A DNA stretch of 64,000 nucleotides, from assembly GCA_022813865.1 (NCBI GenBank), contig JALDZX010000006.1, forward strand, positions 62,001 through 126,000, written 5' to 3'. Below, piece by piece: positions 24,808 to 38,200 of the stretch. Position numbers and translations under genes: made by a program. The notes beneath the pieces were generated by a model. That model saw nothing but the letters and a program-made list of their open reading frames with translations, had not been told where the DNA came from and did not search any database. Each line of letters opens with the position of its first letter. The stretch's first letter is position 1. This DNA comes from Xylographa opegraphella. Its lineage: Eukaryota.

Positions 24808-25572
24808 CTTTGATTGTTGCGACATAGGGTGATGATGACGAAGGCACGCCCTCTCGGTTTGATGTAACATCCCATTCGGCTTACGAGTTGATGTTTGATA
24901 GCATTCAACTCCCTCATAGCTGGCCAGGATGCTGCTCAGGCTTCTTCGGGCGTTCACCAACTGATCGATTCACTTTTTTTTCCCTTCGGGATGGTTCTGC
25001 ATTGTACGATATGGACGAGATAGCGAGCATCTGGAGTACTTTTCTGATTACGAGATTTGATTGTCACACGTGGCGATTGGGGTGTTTTGATTGATCGATG
25101 GGTCGATATGCGGACGATTAATGGAAAGGGAGACGTGGATCCAACGATTACTTGGATCTTACCCTGCTACTTGAGAAGTGGTTCACAGATATGGTTCGAG
25201 TTTGGTTCTGCAGTTTTGTACTTGTTGACAGCCTAGGGTGTCTGCCGCTTGTAATGCTATCGATGTCCTTTCCGACCTAGACCGGGTATTGTCGTGTTTG
25301 AATTACGGTGGTATCCTGTAATGTAACATACAAAGCTTGCCTCTATCGAGACTCGTGTGCAGGATTTTTTGTGACCTATAACTCATTCCGAAACACGGTG
25401 AGATCGACCAACCGCCAAGGAGGACACCAGGCTTTTCTATATTCAGCAGGGAAGCTATTTTTCCGGCTTGGATGCCAGAATTTCTCCTCCGCAACCCATG
25501 AATAGCATAGCGAGAACTCCGAACTCGACCAGCATTGCAAGCACATACCGGAAAGGGCCCCCGTCAAAACGA

Positions 25573-26270
25573 TCAACTCAGTGCCCCGGCCTTCCACGCA
25601 CCCCGCTTGTTAGCCCTCTGCTTCCGCTCGTTCCTCCTGACCTTCTCCTTCCGCTCCCGCCTGCCCTCGCTCCTCACCGTGCTCTCACCCTCCATCGCCT
25701 CCACCTTCTTCTCCTTCCTCTCATCCACCTCCACGATCCAATCGCCCTCCCCGTCCTTGTTGCGGCCCTTGTAGCCCCACTTCGGCACCCACTCGCCCGT
25801 CGCCTCCTCGTACACCATCTTGCCCTCCCCGCGCTTCTTGTCCTTGATGCCCTTCTTCTTCGCAAACTTTTTCCACGTCGTCGGCGGCTTCGGCACCGGT
25901 AGCAGCTTCTCCCGCGGTAGGGGCGTCGTGGACGGTGGCAGCCGGAGGGAGAAGCCGTCGATGGGGTGCGAGCTGATGGGGCATGTGGTGAGGAGCTGGT
26001 TGATCAGTGCTTGGGCGCAGTCGCGCGTGACGGAGGCGATCTCCGCGTCGGTGGGCTTCTCTGAAACTGGGTTGTAGTCGTTGCAGAGGAGGTTGCCGAG
26101 GTCGAATGTGTATGGGATGGGTTTCGTGACGGTGACGGGGCTGGGGGGGGAGGTGTTAGCGGATTTGTTTGGGGTTGCTGGGTGGTGACGTGGGCTACTC
26201 ACAGGAATTCGGGTTTCGAGTCACTCTTCGACAGACTTGCAGTCCCCGTTTCATCGGGTTTGGAGGCCAT
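25573..26270 (-). CDS. RRS1: Ribosome biogenesis regulatory protein Rrs1, 2 exons
   Basis: PYTFDLGNLL, RDCAQALINQL, LPREKLLP..TTWKKFAKKKGI and WVPKWGYKG. Confidence 0.95.
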
Positions 26271-26461
26271 GTTTGGCCGCTTGTGGTGGTTGTCGCAAAT
26301 TGAATTTGTGTAAGTGTTTTATCAAAGCTCGATCAGGGCTTCGGCGCTGGAGAATTTCGAGAGCCGCTTCAAGCGGGAAGCCTTGGCGCGCTAAAGCGGC
26401 AGCAACGATCGAAACATCACACGAAACTTTTGCCCTTCAAGCAGCTTCGTCACAAGCAACG

Positions 26462-28068
26462 ATGTCTCCAGGTCGGTGCTGGCGCTGCATTGCGCGTGCT
26501 CCCGAGAACCTGAAGTATGGGCTACCGCACCGCTATTCGAGTCCCTTGATATCCATCCAGCAGCATGCCTTGTTCAGCACCACGTCCCCGAACTTGGCCA
26601 ATCCCACTCCCAAAACCAGGACCTCGAAGCTCGCCACCGGGCCCCCGAAGCGAGGCGAGAAGGGGACGTACGTCCGGAAGAAGAAGAAGCATGTCGAATC
26701 GAAAGCCCGGCCGCCGGCTCCTGGGGAGCGGAAGGCGTTGCGGAAACGGATCGTGCTCAGCAACACCAACGCATTGGAGGTGCCGGGCATGCAAGAATTC
26801 ACGGCCGAGTCGATCGGCGATGCCAAACTCCAGGGCCAGGTCGTGGGCATACCAGGCCCGGTGGTCGACCAGCTGCGAGCGATGGAGGCCTTCAAGACAA
26901 GCCAGGGCTGGGGCCTTTTCCGCCGCCCCGGCATGCTCGTGCGCCAGGAGACCGTCGAGCACGGCAAGCTGGTGCAGAGCTTGAGCGACCCGCACGACAC
27001 GCGCACCGTCCGCCGGATCTACGTGGGCGAGCGCGGCAGCGGCAAAAGCACGATGCTGCTGCAAGCTATGACGATGGCCTTTCTGCAGAACTGGGTGGTC
27101 ATCAACTTCCCCGAAGGTAGAGAGAGCCCATCGTTCCTTGCCCTCCCCCCCCATATCTCTCCAACCCCACGTCCTTTCCCCAACTAACATCAAAACCCGC
27201 AGGCCAAGACCTCACCATCGGCCACACGGAATACGGACCCCTCCCGGGCACCTCTCCGCCCCTGTACCAGCAAAAGACCTACACGGCCGCGCTGCTCTCC
27301 CGCCTCGCGCGCGCAAACCCCATCCTCACCACACTACAACTCTCCCAACCGCACCCCTCCTTCCCCACCCCCCTCCAACCGAACCTCTCCCTCCACCAAC
27401 TCGCCCTCCTCGGCGCCTCGGACCCAGAAATCGCGCACGCCGTCTTCCTCGCCCTCTGGACCGAGCTCTCCGCGCCCTCGAGCACGACGCACCCGCGTCC
27501 GAAGCTCCTCCTCGCCCTCGACGGCCTCGCGCACGTGATGCGCCCCTCGGCATACATGTCCCCGGCCTTCACGCCCATCCACGCACACGACCTCGCCCTC
27601 GTGCGCTTCTTCACCGACCACCTCGCCGGCACGCCGCCCCTCCCCAACGGCGGCCTCGTCCTCGCCGCCACGAGCGCGTCCAACCACCCCACCGTGCCGA
27701 CCCTGCTCTTCAAACTGCGCCAGATCGAAATCGCCAAGGACCCCGCCCTCGCGCCGCCGTCGCCCGTGCAGCCCTTCCTCACCGCCACCGCACAGCAGCA
27801 CGATCCTGTCCCGCGGCCCGTGCCGTTCGTGCGCTACGACGACCGTGTTATGGGTGTGCTTGGTGGGCCTGGACCTGAGGGCGGGATCGAGGTCAGGCGC
27901 CTGCAGGGCCTGGGCCGCGAGGAGGCCCGTGGGCTGATGGAGTATTGGGCCCGTAGCGGGATGATGCGTCAGGAGGTGAGCGAGAGGCTGGTGGGGGAGA
28001 AGTGGACGGTGAGCGGGGGCGGGGTGGTGGGGGAGTTGGAGCGGGGGTGCGTGAGGGTGAGGGTGTAG
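26462..28068 (+). CDS. RSM23: Mitochondrial small-subunit ribosomal protein mS29/DAP3, 2 exons
   Basis: Mitochondrial presequence-like N-terminus, PAPGERKALRKRIVLSNTNAL, P-loop GERGSGKS, and EARGLMEYWARSG..SGGGVVGELER. Confidence 0.92.
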
Positions 28069-28812
28069 GGTGTAGGGTGTAGGGTGGTGGTGGTGGTGGT
28101 GGTCAGATTGTGTCTAGCTTATATTGTGCTGTATGGAAGACGGGTTTGGGACGCTGCGTCGCGGCATCGTCTTGAATAAATCCGTACTCTCTCTCGCTCT
28201 CTCTCCTCCCTTCCATGTAGAACACAGTAAGTGAGGCTCAGCCCTCCGAACTACTAAAAGAAGCACCCATCCACACCTCCATCTATCCACAGCACCAAGA
28301 TGGTCAAGGGTGAGCGCGCAGAAGGGAGGGAAGGGGGGGGGAAGATTGGTTCGGTTTCGCATGTAGAGAGGATGTAGTGCTCAGTTGTTCGTATCATCTC
28401 GTGGAATGAGCGGTTACCGCAGGACGTAGCTAGTCCGGAAAGGCATTCACAGGCAAGCAACTCACTCCCCCAAGTACGCCACCAACGGAACAGAGCAGCG
28501 GATGAGAGACGCCTCAGTACCACCAGCAACGGATCGCGATAAAAAGGAATTAGATATACAATGCACACATATCATACACTCCCTACGCCACCCCATCGCA
28601 GGGGTTCCAAAATAAAACAGCAAAGAGCCATCACCACTTTCCCCATATCGCCTATGGCATTCGCATACAGCTCCCGCAGTGTTCTTTGCAGGGTGGCAGC
28701 ACACCAGGAATCAAGCTGCCCGTTCGTGATGTATTCTCCGTTCCCGTAATCCACAAACTCCATGCCGACCTCTCCGCTGCCACACCAGTGACATCCCCCT
28801 CGTCGGCCAGGT

Positions 28813-29495
28813 TTACTTCGCGCTCGGGCTCGCTCCGGCGGCTCCGGAGCCCTTGGTGAAGCTGTATTGAACACAAGAATCAGCATCTGTAACTGATTCA
28901 AAGCTATGCATGTTTTCAACTCCTCGATTGCCATCGACTGGCAAGCTCCCAGTGTATGCTATAGTCCAGCTCCTTCTCATACGATGCGGGTGGGATACAC
29001 CACAGAATGACTCACTTGTTCCACATGCTCCCGATAAAACCGGGCGCGGCCTTCTGCTCCGCAAAGCTGGCCTTGCGAGCGGCGGCCGAGGCGTCGACGG
29101 AGTTACGCTTCTGGTTCATCAGGCCGGAGAACTTGCCGGAGCCGGCGGAGGACTGGGTGGTAAGAAAGAGTCAGTAGGTCATTCGAACTGTGTGCATGCT
29201 AGGAGGTCGTCGGTGATGGGGAGAAGGTGGTAGGCAACATCAGAGAGGTCGGTCGAACGGAAGTGGAGGACGAGGAAGATGCAGAGCGGAGACCGCTGCG
29301 AGAAGGAGAGGTTACGCCAGCGTGTGTGGAGGAAGATACAGAGGTGCAGACAACAGCTAGAACGGAATCCAAACGCAGAAGCCAGGCATGATCTGCACGA
29401 AAGCAAGGGAGCTGTCAGCACGGGCAACTCACCCGTCTACGCTCCGAGCCCGTGGTGCCGCCGATGACGCCCTTGGAGCCTGCGTTGGAGGACAT
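28813..29495 (-). CDS. Small 82-aa fungal protein with RRxS-type motifs, 3 exons (29495-29433, 29152-29016, 28861-28813)
   Basis: Canonical GTGAGT..CAG introns join MSSNAGSKGVIGGTTGSERRR|SSAGSGKFSGLMNQKRNSVDASAAARKASFAEQKAAPGFIGSMWN|NFTKGSGAAGASPSAK* in frame, with strong C/G third-position bias. Absent from the ORF track. Confidence 0.8.
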
Positions 29496-30335
29496 GATGT
29501 GGTATAATTTGTCTTATCGGTGTGAATGTGATCGTAGACTTCGTAGCAAAGACCTCTCAAGAAGGTTGATTCTCGTGCAATGGAAGTGGTCGCGTGTGTG
29601 GTTTATAAGCCGAATATCTAGGTGGGATGGTGGTGAGGGGTTGCAGGAGTAGTCAAGACGCAAAAACAACAAAGAAAGCAAAAGCCATGGCCCCTCCCTC
29701 TGCTTTATGACTCGCCCTCCGAAAGTCAATTGTCGAGCTCGTCCTCTCGACCTTACTGGTTATTTCACTCCGCCCGCGCGAGATGACAGCGACAGTTCAC
29801 CCTCGCGACTTAACTAGTCTTCCGTCTCCATGATCTCATGATTCTCGACTCTGGCTTGGAGCAGAACCCCACCTACCTTACACAAACCTCAGTCAATACG
29901 CAAGAGCAAGAGCAAGAGCAATCGCGGGCGCATCACATGTCAAGCGGACGGACTAGCACGTCTGGATCGAGCACTACACCCTTCTCATGGCTTGGACTGG
30001 TGCACTTCCGCTATCGATCAGCCCAATGAAAGGTATGTCCTGCAAGCATGAGATGCAGCCGGCAATAGGAGACGAGCTTGTGCTTTCTCAGCCGGCTCGC
30101 TCGGAAGGCCCGAAGGAACGGTTGCAAACCTCACGAAGCATAAGGCGGTCTACCGCCGTAGAAGTAGCATGGAGAGCAAAGAATGCCACTACCGTAGGAA
30201 AATACACAACTCGAGACGGATACACACAACACCTTTCGTCACCCACCGCACCTCGCCGAAGGCCTCTCTCCCGAGCAGATACTCTTCTACCACGTGCAAC
30301 CCTAGTGTAGTGCCCATGAACAGAAGGCCCAGCTT

Positions 30336-33300
30336 CTATTTGACAATCTTGCAAACCAAGTCTTGCCCGTCCACCGAGTCGCCCTCTTTGACCTGCAATG
30401 ACCCAATCTTACCCGAGTGCGGTGCACTGATAACCATTTCCTGCATCACGCATTAGCTTCGTTCAAAGATCGGAGAGTCGAGAAATGAAACAGGGCAAAA
30501 TGATAACCCCAGTCAAGGGGTCTGGCAGACAAAAGACAGTGCATCGCATCTGTGAGAAGGGTGATGGGAGGACGGACCATTTTCATCGCGCTCAGCACGG
30601 CCACCGGGTCTCCTTTCTTGACCTCGCTGCCCTCGTGCACCCTCACCTCGACCACCACGCCGGACATGGGCGCGCCCACTTGGCTGCTGTCGCCGCTGTC
30701 TGCTTTCGCGCGTCGAGTGTTCTCCACCGCCGCTTTATTGTCGTCGATGGTAACTTGTCGAACCTCTCCGTTCATCTCGTAGAACACTTCCCGCTGACCA
30801 GTGCTATCCGACAACGGTCCGATGGCCAACATTTTCAAAATAAGCACCTTGCCCTTCTCCAACTCTACGTGGAACTCTTCGCCGATCTCTGGTTTGGCTA
30901 AGAAATACCGCGTCGGCAGAACGGAGAGATCTCCGTACTTTGCGACAAATTTCCGGTAATCCTCGAAGACCTTTGGATACATCGCATAGCTGGCAACGTC
31001 GCACTCGGACGAGCTTCCCCATTTCTCGTTGATCTCTTTCTTGATCTTTGCCAGGTCCAATGGCTCGAGGTAGAGACCAGGACGCTTGTCGAGCTTTCGG
31101 CGGCCCCGAAGCGCCTGGGTCCGTAGAGGCTCAGGAAACCCGCCGTAAGGTTGGCCCATGAGCCCTTCAAAGAATTCGAGTACCGAGCCCGGAAAGTCGA
31201 GTTGCTCTGCCTTCTTAAGAACGTCATCGTAGCTTAGCTTGTTCGATACCATGAATTGGGCCAAGTCGCCCACGACTTTCGAGGTTGGGGTGACCTTGAC
31301 TATATCCCCAAGGAGGTCATTAGCTTGTTCATAAGCCTTCTTGGTCTCAGCCCACTGTGCACCGAGGCCCAATTGTGAGGCCTGGAAGATAAGGTTGGTA
31401 AGCTGACCACCAGGTATCTCATGCTCGTACACCTCAGGATCGGGCCCTGTGAGTCCAGCTTCGAATGGAGAGTAGAGAAGTCGAAGCTGAGCCCAATACG
31501 TATCGAGCGCTCGCACGTTGTGGCCGTTCAGGCCAGGATCATGCTCAGATCCTTCGAGAGATGCCAATAAGGCGCCGATGCTTGGCTGAGAAGTCATTCC
31601 AGACATACTATCCGTCGCGGTATCTACAGCATCGGCTCCTGCTTGGGCGCATGCAATATAGGTTGCAATACCAGTACCCGCCGAATCATGACAATGCACG
31701 TGAATCGGGAGGTCGGGATATTTCTTGCGAATGGATCCAATAAGCATGGTTGCGGCCTTTGGTTTGAGCACACCCGCCATATCTTTAATGCCGAGCACAT
31801 GTGTGCCTATTTTGACGATCTTTTCTACCAAGTCCAAGTAGTACTCAAGGTTATACTTCTTTTTGGGGTTGAGCATATCACCGCTGTAGCATACAGTGGC
31901 CTCTACCACGCCTCCAGCCTTGTGTACAGCCTTCATACCAACTTCGAGTTGGTTGATATCATTAAGAGCATCGAATATACGGAAGATATCCACACCGTAC
32001 CGCTTGGCTTGTTGACAGAAGTGATAGATAGCATTGTCAGGTAGCCTAGGACAAATCAGCATTACTCATGATCATGGAGCTTGGCTACTTACGATGAATA
32101 GGCTACGCCGTTAGCACCTCTTAGCAGCATTTGGAAAGGAATGTTGGGTACAACTCTTCTCATCTTCCGAAGGCGGTCCCAAGGGTCTTCGTAAAGGAAG
32201 CGCATGGCAACATCGAATGTCGCACCACCCCAACATTCGAGACTGTACGCATTGCTATAGGCGTAGCTTGTTTCTTTGGCGATGTTCAAGAGATCGACCG
32301 TACGTACTCGTGTAGCAAGCAAAGATTGATGTGCATCGCGCCATGTGGTGTCCATAATAAGGCAACCCTTATATTCTCTTACCGCCTTGGCAAAGGCTTC
32401 TGGTCCTTTCTCATCAATTATTGATTTCCAGCCCTTTTTACAGGGCCCCATAGGGTCGATTTCTTTCATCTCGTCGTCTACCAATTTTGGCATGATGATG
32501 TCGCCTTTGAACTTTGGCTCGCCGATTTGCCCCTTGATGCTACTACCATTGACGGCTACGTCTCCGAGATACGCAAGAAGCTTCTGTGCGCGGTTTTGGC
32601 TTCCTACTAGCGCAAAGAGCTCCGGTGTATCATCGATGAAAGTTGTCCAGCAATTGCCTTCGATGAAAGTGGGATGTGTAAGAAGAGACGCCAGGAACGG
32701 AATGTTTGTCTTGACACCCCGAATACGGAACTCGACCAATGCTCGTAACATCTTTCTTCGTGCAATCTCATATGTGGAGCCATGACAGGTACATTTGACA
32801 AGCATGGAATCGTAGTGAGGCGAGATGATAGCTCCAGCGAATCCGTTCCCACCGTCTAATCGAACGCCGTTACCACCCGCTGAGCGATACACCTCAATCT
32901 TTCCGGTATCCGGGGCGAAGCCTTTGGCAGGATCCTCGGTAGTTATCCGACATTGGACGGCAAAACCACGAATAGAAATGCGATCTTGCGTTAAGCCCAG
33001 TTCTTGTAGCGAGGCCCCGGCTGCAATCTGAATCTGTGCAGCGACAATGTCAATACCGGTGATTTCCTCCGTAATGGTATGCTCCACTTGAATTCGTGGG
33101 TTGATTTCGATAAAGTAGTACCTGTTCTGCTGATCCACCAGGAATTCAGCAGTACCCGCGTTACGGTAATTGACTGATTTTGCGAGCCTGACCGCATCGC
33201 TGAGGATGCTGTCTCGCGTTTCTTTCGGCAGGTCCTTTGCAGGCGCTAACTCTACTACCTTCTGATGACGGCGCTGCACGCTGCAGTCGCGCTCGAACAG

Positions 33301-34528
33301 ATGGACAACATTTCCATGGTTGTCACCAAGAAGCTGGACCTCAATGTGTTTTGGTTTGTCAAGGAATCGCTCGACAAAGACCGTGCCGTTGCCAAAGGCC
33401 GATTTTGCTTCCGAAGTAGCACGGTCGAAAGAATCCTTGAGCTCCTCCTGTTTGCGAACGACACGCATACCACGGCCTCCGCCACCGAATGCTGCTTTGA
33501 TTATGATTGGAAACCCGTGCTCGTCGGTAAAGGCCTTGACATCCTCGAATTTCTCCACAGGTCCCGGCGTTCCTGGTACTACTGGAACCTTACATTTCAT
33601 GGCTAGTGTTCGCGCAGACACTTTATCTCCCAGGGAGTCGATTGTTTGTGCGGTAGGTCCAACAAAGATCAAACCCGCTTCTTCAACTTTCCTGGCAAAT
33701 TCCGCATTTTCGGACAAAAATCCGTAGCCAGGATGTATCATGTTGACTCCATGTGCCACAGCAATCTTTATGATCTCGTCTCCAGCCAGGTACGCAGCGA
33801 CTGGGGTATACTGCCCCTTCTTGCCGATAACGTAAGCCTCGTCCGCTTCTATATGAGGGTTCTCGTCAGCAATGGTGGCCATAGGGGTGGGGCAGATAGG
33901 GAATAGCTGGAACTGACTTTGGCGGTGCATGCTTAGGCGGTCCTCATAACTATCTACGTCAGCTCAAATCTTGATGAAGCACTTGATGTAACTACCTGAA
34001 GACCGCAACCGTGTGAAGTGATAGCTCGTGCGCCTGGTAAGAAACATCATTAGCATTGTTCAGCATACTTGGAAGTGCTGGGCCATGGATAAGGAAATGG
34101 TATAGCAATGCATTGATGTAGTAGTGGATCTGGCGGGATGGCCTACCGTTCGGAAAATCTGTCAGACCAATGGCTCGTAAGTATACTTTATAATACCAGC
34201 ATATCAGAACATACCCGGATAGCTAAGCTCTGGTTAGCAACGGCAGTACACGACGGATGAATATGTCAACTTACGGATCTCTCCTCGATTGGCAACTATT
34301 CATGGAGTATCGATTGTCAGCGCCACAGCATGACAGGTAGAAGAGCTTCAAGCTCGAAGCCCGAGCTGCAGATGGAGATAACGTACCGAGTATCTTCCTC
34401 ATCTGCATGATAGAGCTATTCGCACGTATTCTCTGATGCACACCATCTCTATGAGGTTCGTGCCCTTCATCATGCTGTATGGCATACTGATCGGTCTCGC
34501 CATTGACACTGGAAGCTCCACCAGCCAT
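30336..34528 (-). CDS. PYC1: Pyruvate carboxylase, multi-exon with 5' micro-exons
   Basis: KIL|VANRGEI|PIR|IFRT, HPGYGFLSEN, ERDCSVQRRHQKV, DTTWRDAHQS, ECWGGATFDV, IKDMAG, and biotin attachment site SAMKM. Confidence 0.98.
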
Positions 34529-35295
34529 GTTTGTGGGAATGTCAGACAACAAGCTCCCGAAACAGGAGGGGGGAAAGCTTCAACGCAGAGCGGGGAGCCC
34601 AATTGAGCAGGATCAGTGGGATGAGAAGCTTCAGAAGCTCTACAGACAGGATATGGAGAAATTGTTGAGGTTTTCTCGCGCGTGTGGTTGCGGAGGGGTC
34701 GAGTAAGAAGCAAAAAAAGGATACGGAAGAGCTGTTGTGGTGGGGGTGTGAAACTCCAGGGCTGCAGAAAACAGATGGCGTCAAAGTACCTTCAAGTAAA
34801 ACTTACGTCGAAGGGGTAAGGCGCGCCCGTGCTTCGGCGGCCGCCATCTGCTGATAAGGGGAAGGGCAGCCCCGATAGTGATTAATTCACGCCGGTAACC
34901 GAATTCCCATGCGACGCTGCTTAGAACACACTCGTACAGCCTCAACAACTCTTCCTCGTAAAGCAACCTTGAGTCTCGAAGAAACGAGAAGCTAAAAAGC
35001 CACTCAGCGGAAGAACTCGCTCGTCCTAGACATCGAGCTATGTGAGAGCGAGATTTAAAGTAGTCTAGAGAGACTGGCGATGGACACTATACAACTCTGA
35101 AACCCGCTTGCATCTATATTGACAGCGTCCTATACTTCCAACAATTCGAAACAGCAGTCAGCTCTGTGCAAAGCATCGTACACGCCAGACTCTATCCAAT
35201 GCTGCGCTGGTCAACTCCCAACCGAATGCCGGATCCCCAAAAAAATGCCGTCTCGAGGACGCCTTCCCAAAAAAGTGCCTTGGGACCGACGCTTT

Positions 35296-38200
35296 TCAAA
35301 CGATGCCTAATCCCACTCGTCCCTCCGCGGTGTCGGTGCCCGCTCCATTCGCACTCGTGTTGAGCCCGACGCTCCTTCCCCTCTCTCGCATTCTTCGGCC
35401 CTCCATCAGTCCTCGCAAGCCTCGCTTTTGCAGCCCGACCACGCAACTGCCCTCGGCACTCCAGACTTCCTCGCTCTCGGAGACCCCGCTGCCCTCGGTG
35501 CTGAGGTATTCGCTGCCATCCGTGACGCTGCTAGTACTGCCGTCCACGCTACTGTTCTCGTCCTCGCTCTCATCTGCAGGGACCCGTCTCTGAGCCCCAT
35601 TACGGAAGGAGGTATCGATCCTCAACGGAGCGCGCATGGCTCGAGGTGTGATAAACTCATCACTCTCGTGACCATTTGCAAGGGTATCAGTGTCTCCATT
35701 GGCATCAGATTCATAGCCATTATGGAGGTTCAGGCCGCCGAAATAATCAAATCCAGTTCCCCGACCGCCACCGGCCGCCATAGCACTGGCATTGAACACT
35801 GCAGCGGCGTTGCGGCCATCCATAACTTCATGCAGACGTTCGACCACAGCTTCTAGGAGACCATCGACATGATAGGGTCGTGCGATCTGAAGCAGCGAGC
35901 AGAGGATTTGGGGGGTGCTTAGCTGGTGAGAAGGCGGAGGTAGAGATGATGTGTAGAGGAAGTGGATGAGGGCTTGTATCGTAAGGGACGTATGAGGGAG
36001 AAAAAGCGTGCGGGGTCGAACAAAGGGTAGAAGGGAGGCAGTAGTAGGAGGGTGAAGGGGTTTGGCACCATCGGAGGAGCTGGCGGGTGGAGGATATCGA
36101 GAATCGGAATTAAGAGTCGTGGAAGAGGTGGTTGATTGAACAGTGGCCAGTGTTGAGGTAGAATAGGAAGTGTTGATACTAGGGGTAATTGTTATTGACG
36201 AGTTGCGCGATGGATTTTGAGTCGGCGCACGCAGCGTCGCAGCATCGGATGCAGTACCATCGCCAAATTTCGAATTTGACGGAGTGGAGTTGCTTGCTTC
36301 ACGGAGAAGATGCACAAAATAGGGGCCCCACCGACGCGCGAGGACATGCGAGTTCACAGGTATGCGTTCTCCACTAATGGACAGAATTTCCATGTCAGCG
36401 AGCTCCCGCAAGCCCATTGCCATTTGGCCGAGCTCTATCGCGCCTGCAAAGTGGGGACGGCCGCCCCCAGACCATAAGGATGACTTGAGACGAAGAGGCG
36501 CAGGAAGTTTTGGCGAGCTAAAAGAGACATAAGAAGATGTGGGAGCGGCATGTCGAGGATTATCGTATAAGCCGAAGGCCTCCAGCTCCACAAGACAGAC
36601 ATTTGAGAAGTTTATACGGCGGTGGTTGTAGTCTGCTACCAGATTGCGTTTCCGATTGCCAAGTATGACAAAGGTATTTCGTCGAGGCCAAATGATACCT
36701 CGGTTCCAGCTACCCTGTGTAAACACGCTGCCTCCCGCGTCGATCCGGCTCCAGGTCAGAGTCCGCAGGTCTAACGCCCATAATGCATACTCTTGCTTTG
36801 AAGATGTCAAGTAAGTACCGCTAACGACAAAATGCCGATCAAGAACGCCGCCATTTGGAAATCTGAGACCAGGGGGTGAAAATTGACCTTGCATGGGTTT
36901 CTCGGTCAATGTGCCATCAGGATATCGTACCTGTAGCTCCAATTTGACGTCAAGGAAATTATAGTTGGAATATATCAACATTGAAGAACCATCATCCGGA
37001 GCGTCCCGACTCCTCCTGGAATCATCCGAGCTCACAGCGGAATCAGATCCAAGTCCTATCTTGGATACGGACATACCCGTGAGTGACGCAACGACACTTC
37101 TGTACGCACCACAGCTTCTACCGAGACTGTCGGTGGCCGTCCACTTTAGGCTGCGAAGGTTGAAAACACTGATTTGCTCGATGTAATGATTCGCGCTATC
37201 TTGTCCTCCCACCACAACCATTTCTGCTCCACCAGTGCCATCGAGAGCAACTCGAAGCGAGCCTTGGTTGGGATTTTCCGACGAGGGATTGTGTAGGATT
37301 GCCGAATGCACGGCGCTACTCGATGTAAAGGTGGCTGATGATGAAAGGATGGTCGCACAGTGAGCATACCGTCCCTGAGGACTATCTGGTGTGGATATGA
37401 AAGTCCAAATCCGGGTGTTGATATCATAAACGTGGATGTCGGACATAACAACGACCTCTGGCTGCTGGTCAACAGAAGCCGGTTGTTGACCGGGATTGTG
37501 TGGTTGTGAAGACAAAACGGATGCTGGTGACATTCCGCCATAACAGACTAGTTTGCTGTCTCCCAAAGCGCAGACACTGTGGAAATATCTTGGCGGTGGG
37601 ACGTTTCCCGAAGTCTCCAGCTTTGTCCAGTGGCGATGGATGAGATCTAACTCGTAGAGATCTGCTGTAAGCTGGGGTCGCCGACGCGACAACCGGCGAC
37701 CTCCAAATACGTAAAGCTTGTCGCCCAGAATTGTGGTTGTGGCTCCGACCAGTGCATGGGGCTCCTTCCCGCTGCATCTGTGAACGTTGTACACTAAGCC
37801 AGAGAGACTTGTCGTCCCTTGGACATTCTGTGACGGTTGAGTTGTTGCAGATGTAGGTCCAGCAGACACAATTGCAGGGTCTGGGGACCGGAAGGACACT
37901 TGCAGCTGCTCAGACTGGGACACTGCCTCCTGGGCAGTGTCGTTATTCAGGCTCGTTTTGCTGCTGTTCATACCTGCCAGGTAAGTGCTGGAAGAAGGTT
38001 GAAACCGTCCAGCATACATCTGCGATGGCGAAGGAGCTGATACCGTCGAGTCGAGAGTGCTAGTCCTGCTGGCGCTTGTTGGTGGGCGTGACATTGTCAA
38101 TGGCGGACTCGGCGGCCCGGAGGGGCTTGAGCCCAATGGGCGCGGTGTGCTGCACTCACTGCTGGAAGGAGTTGGAGGAAAAGGACCGTATGGTCGAGCA

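Noticed and set aside
28062..28090. Telomere or interstitial telomeric seed
   Set aside because: Only three TAGGGTG units, not TTAGGG, and embedded in a G-skewed gene end.
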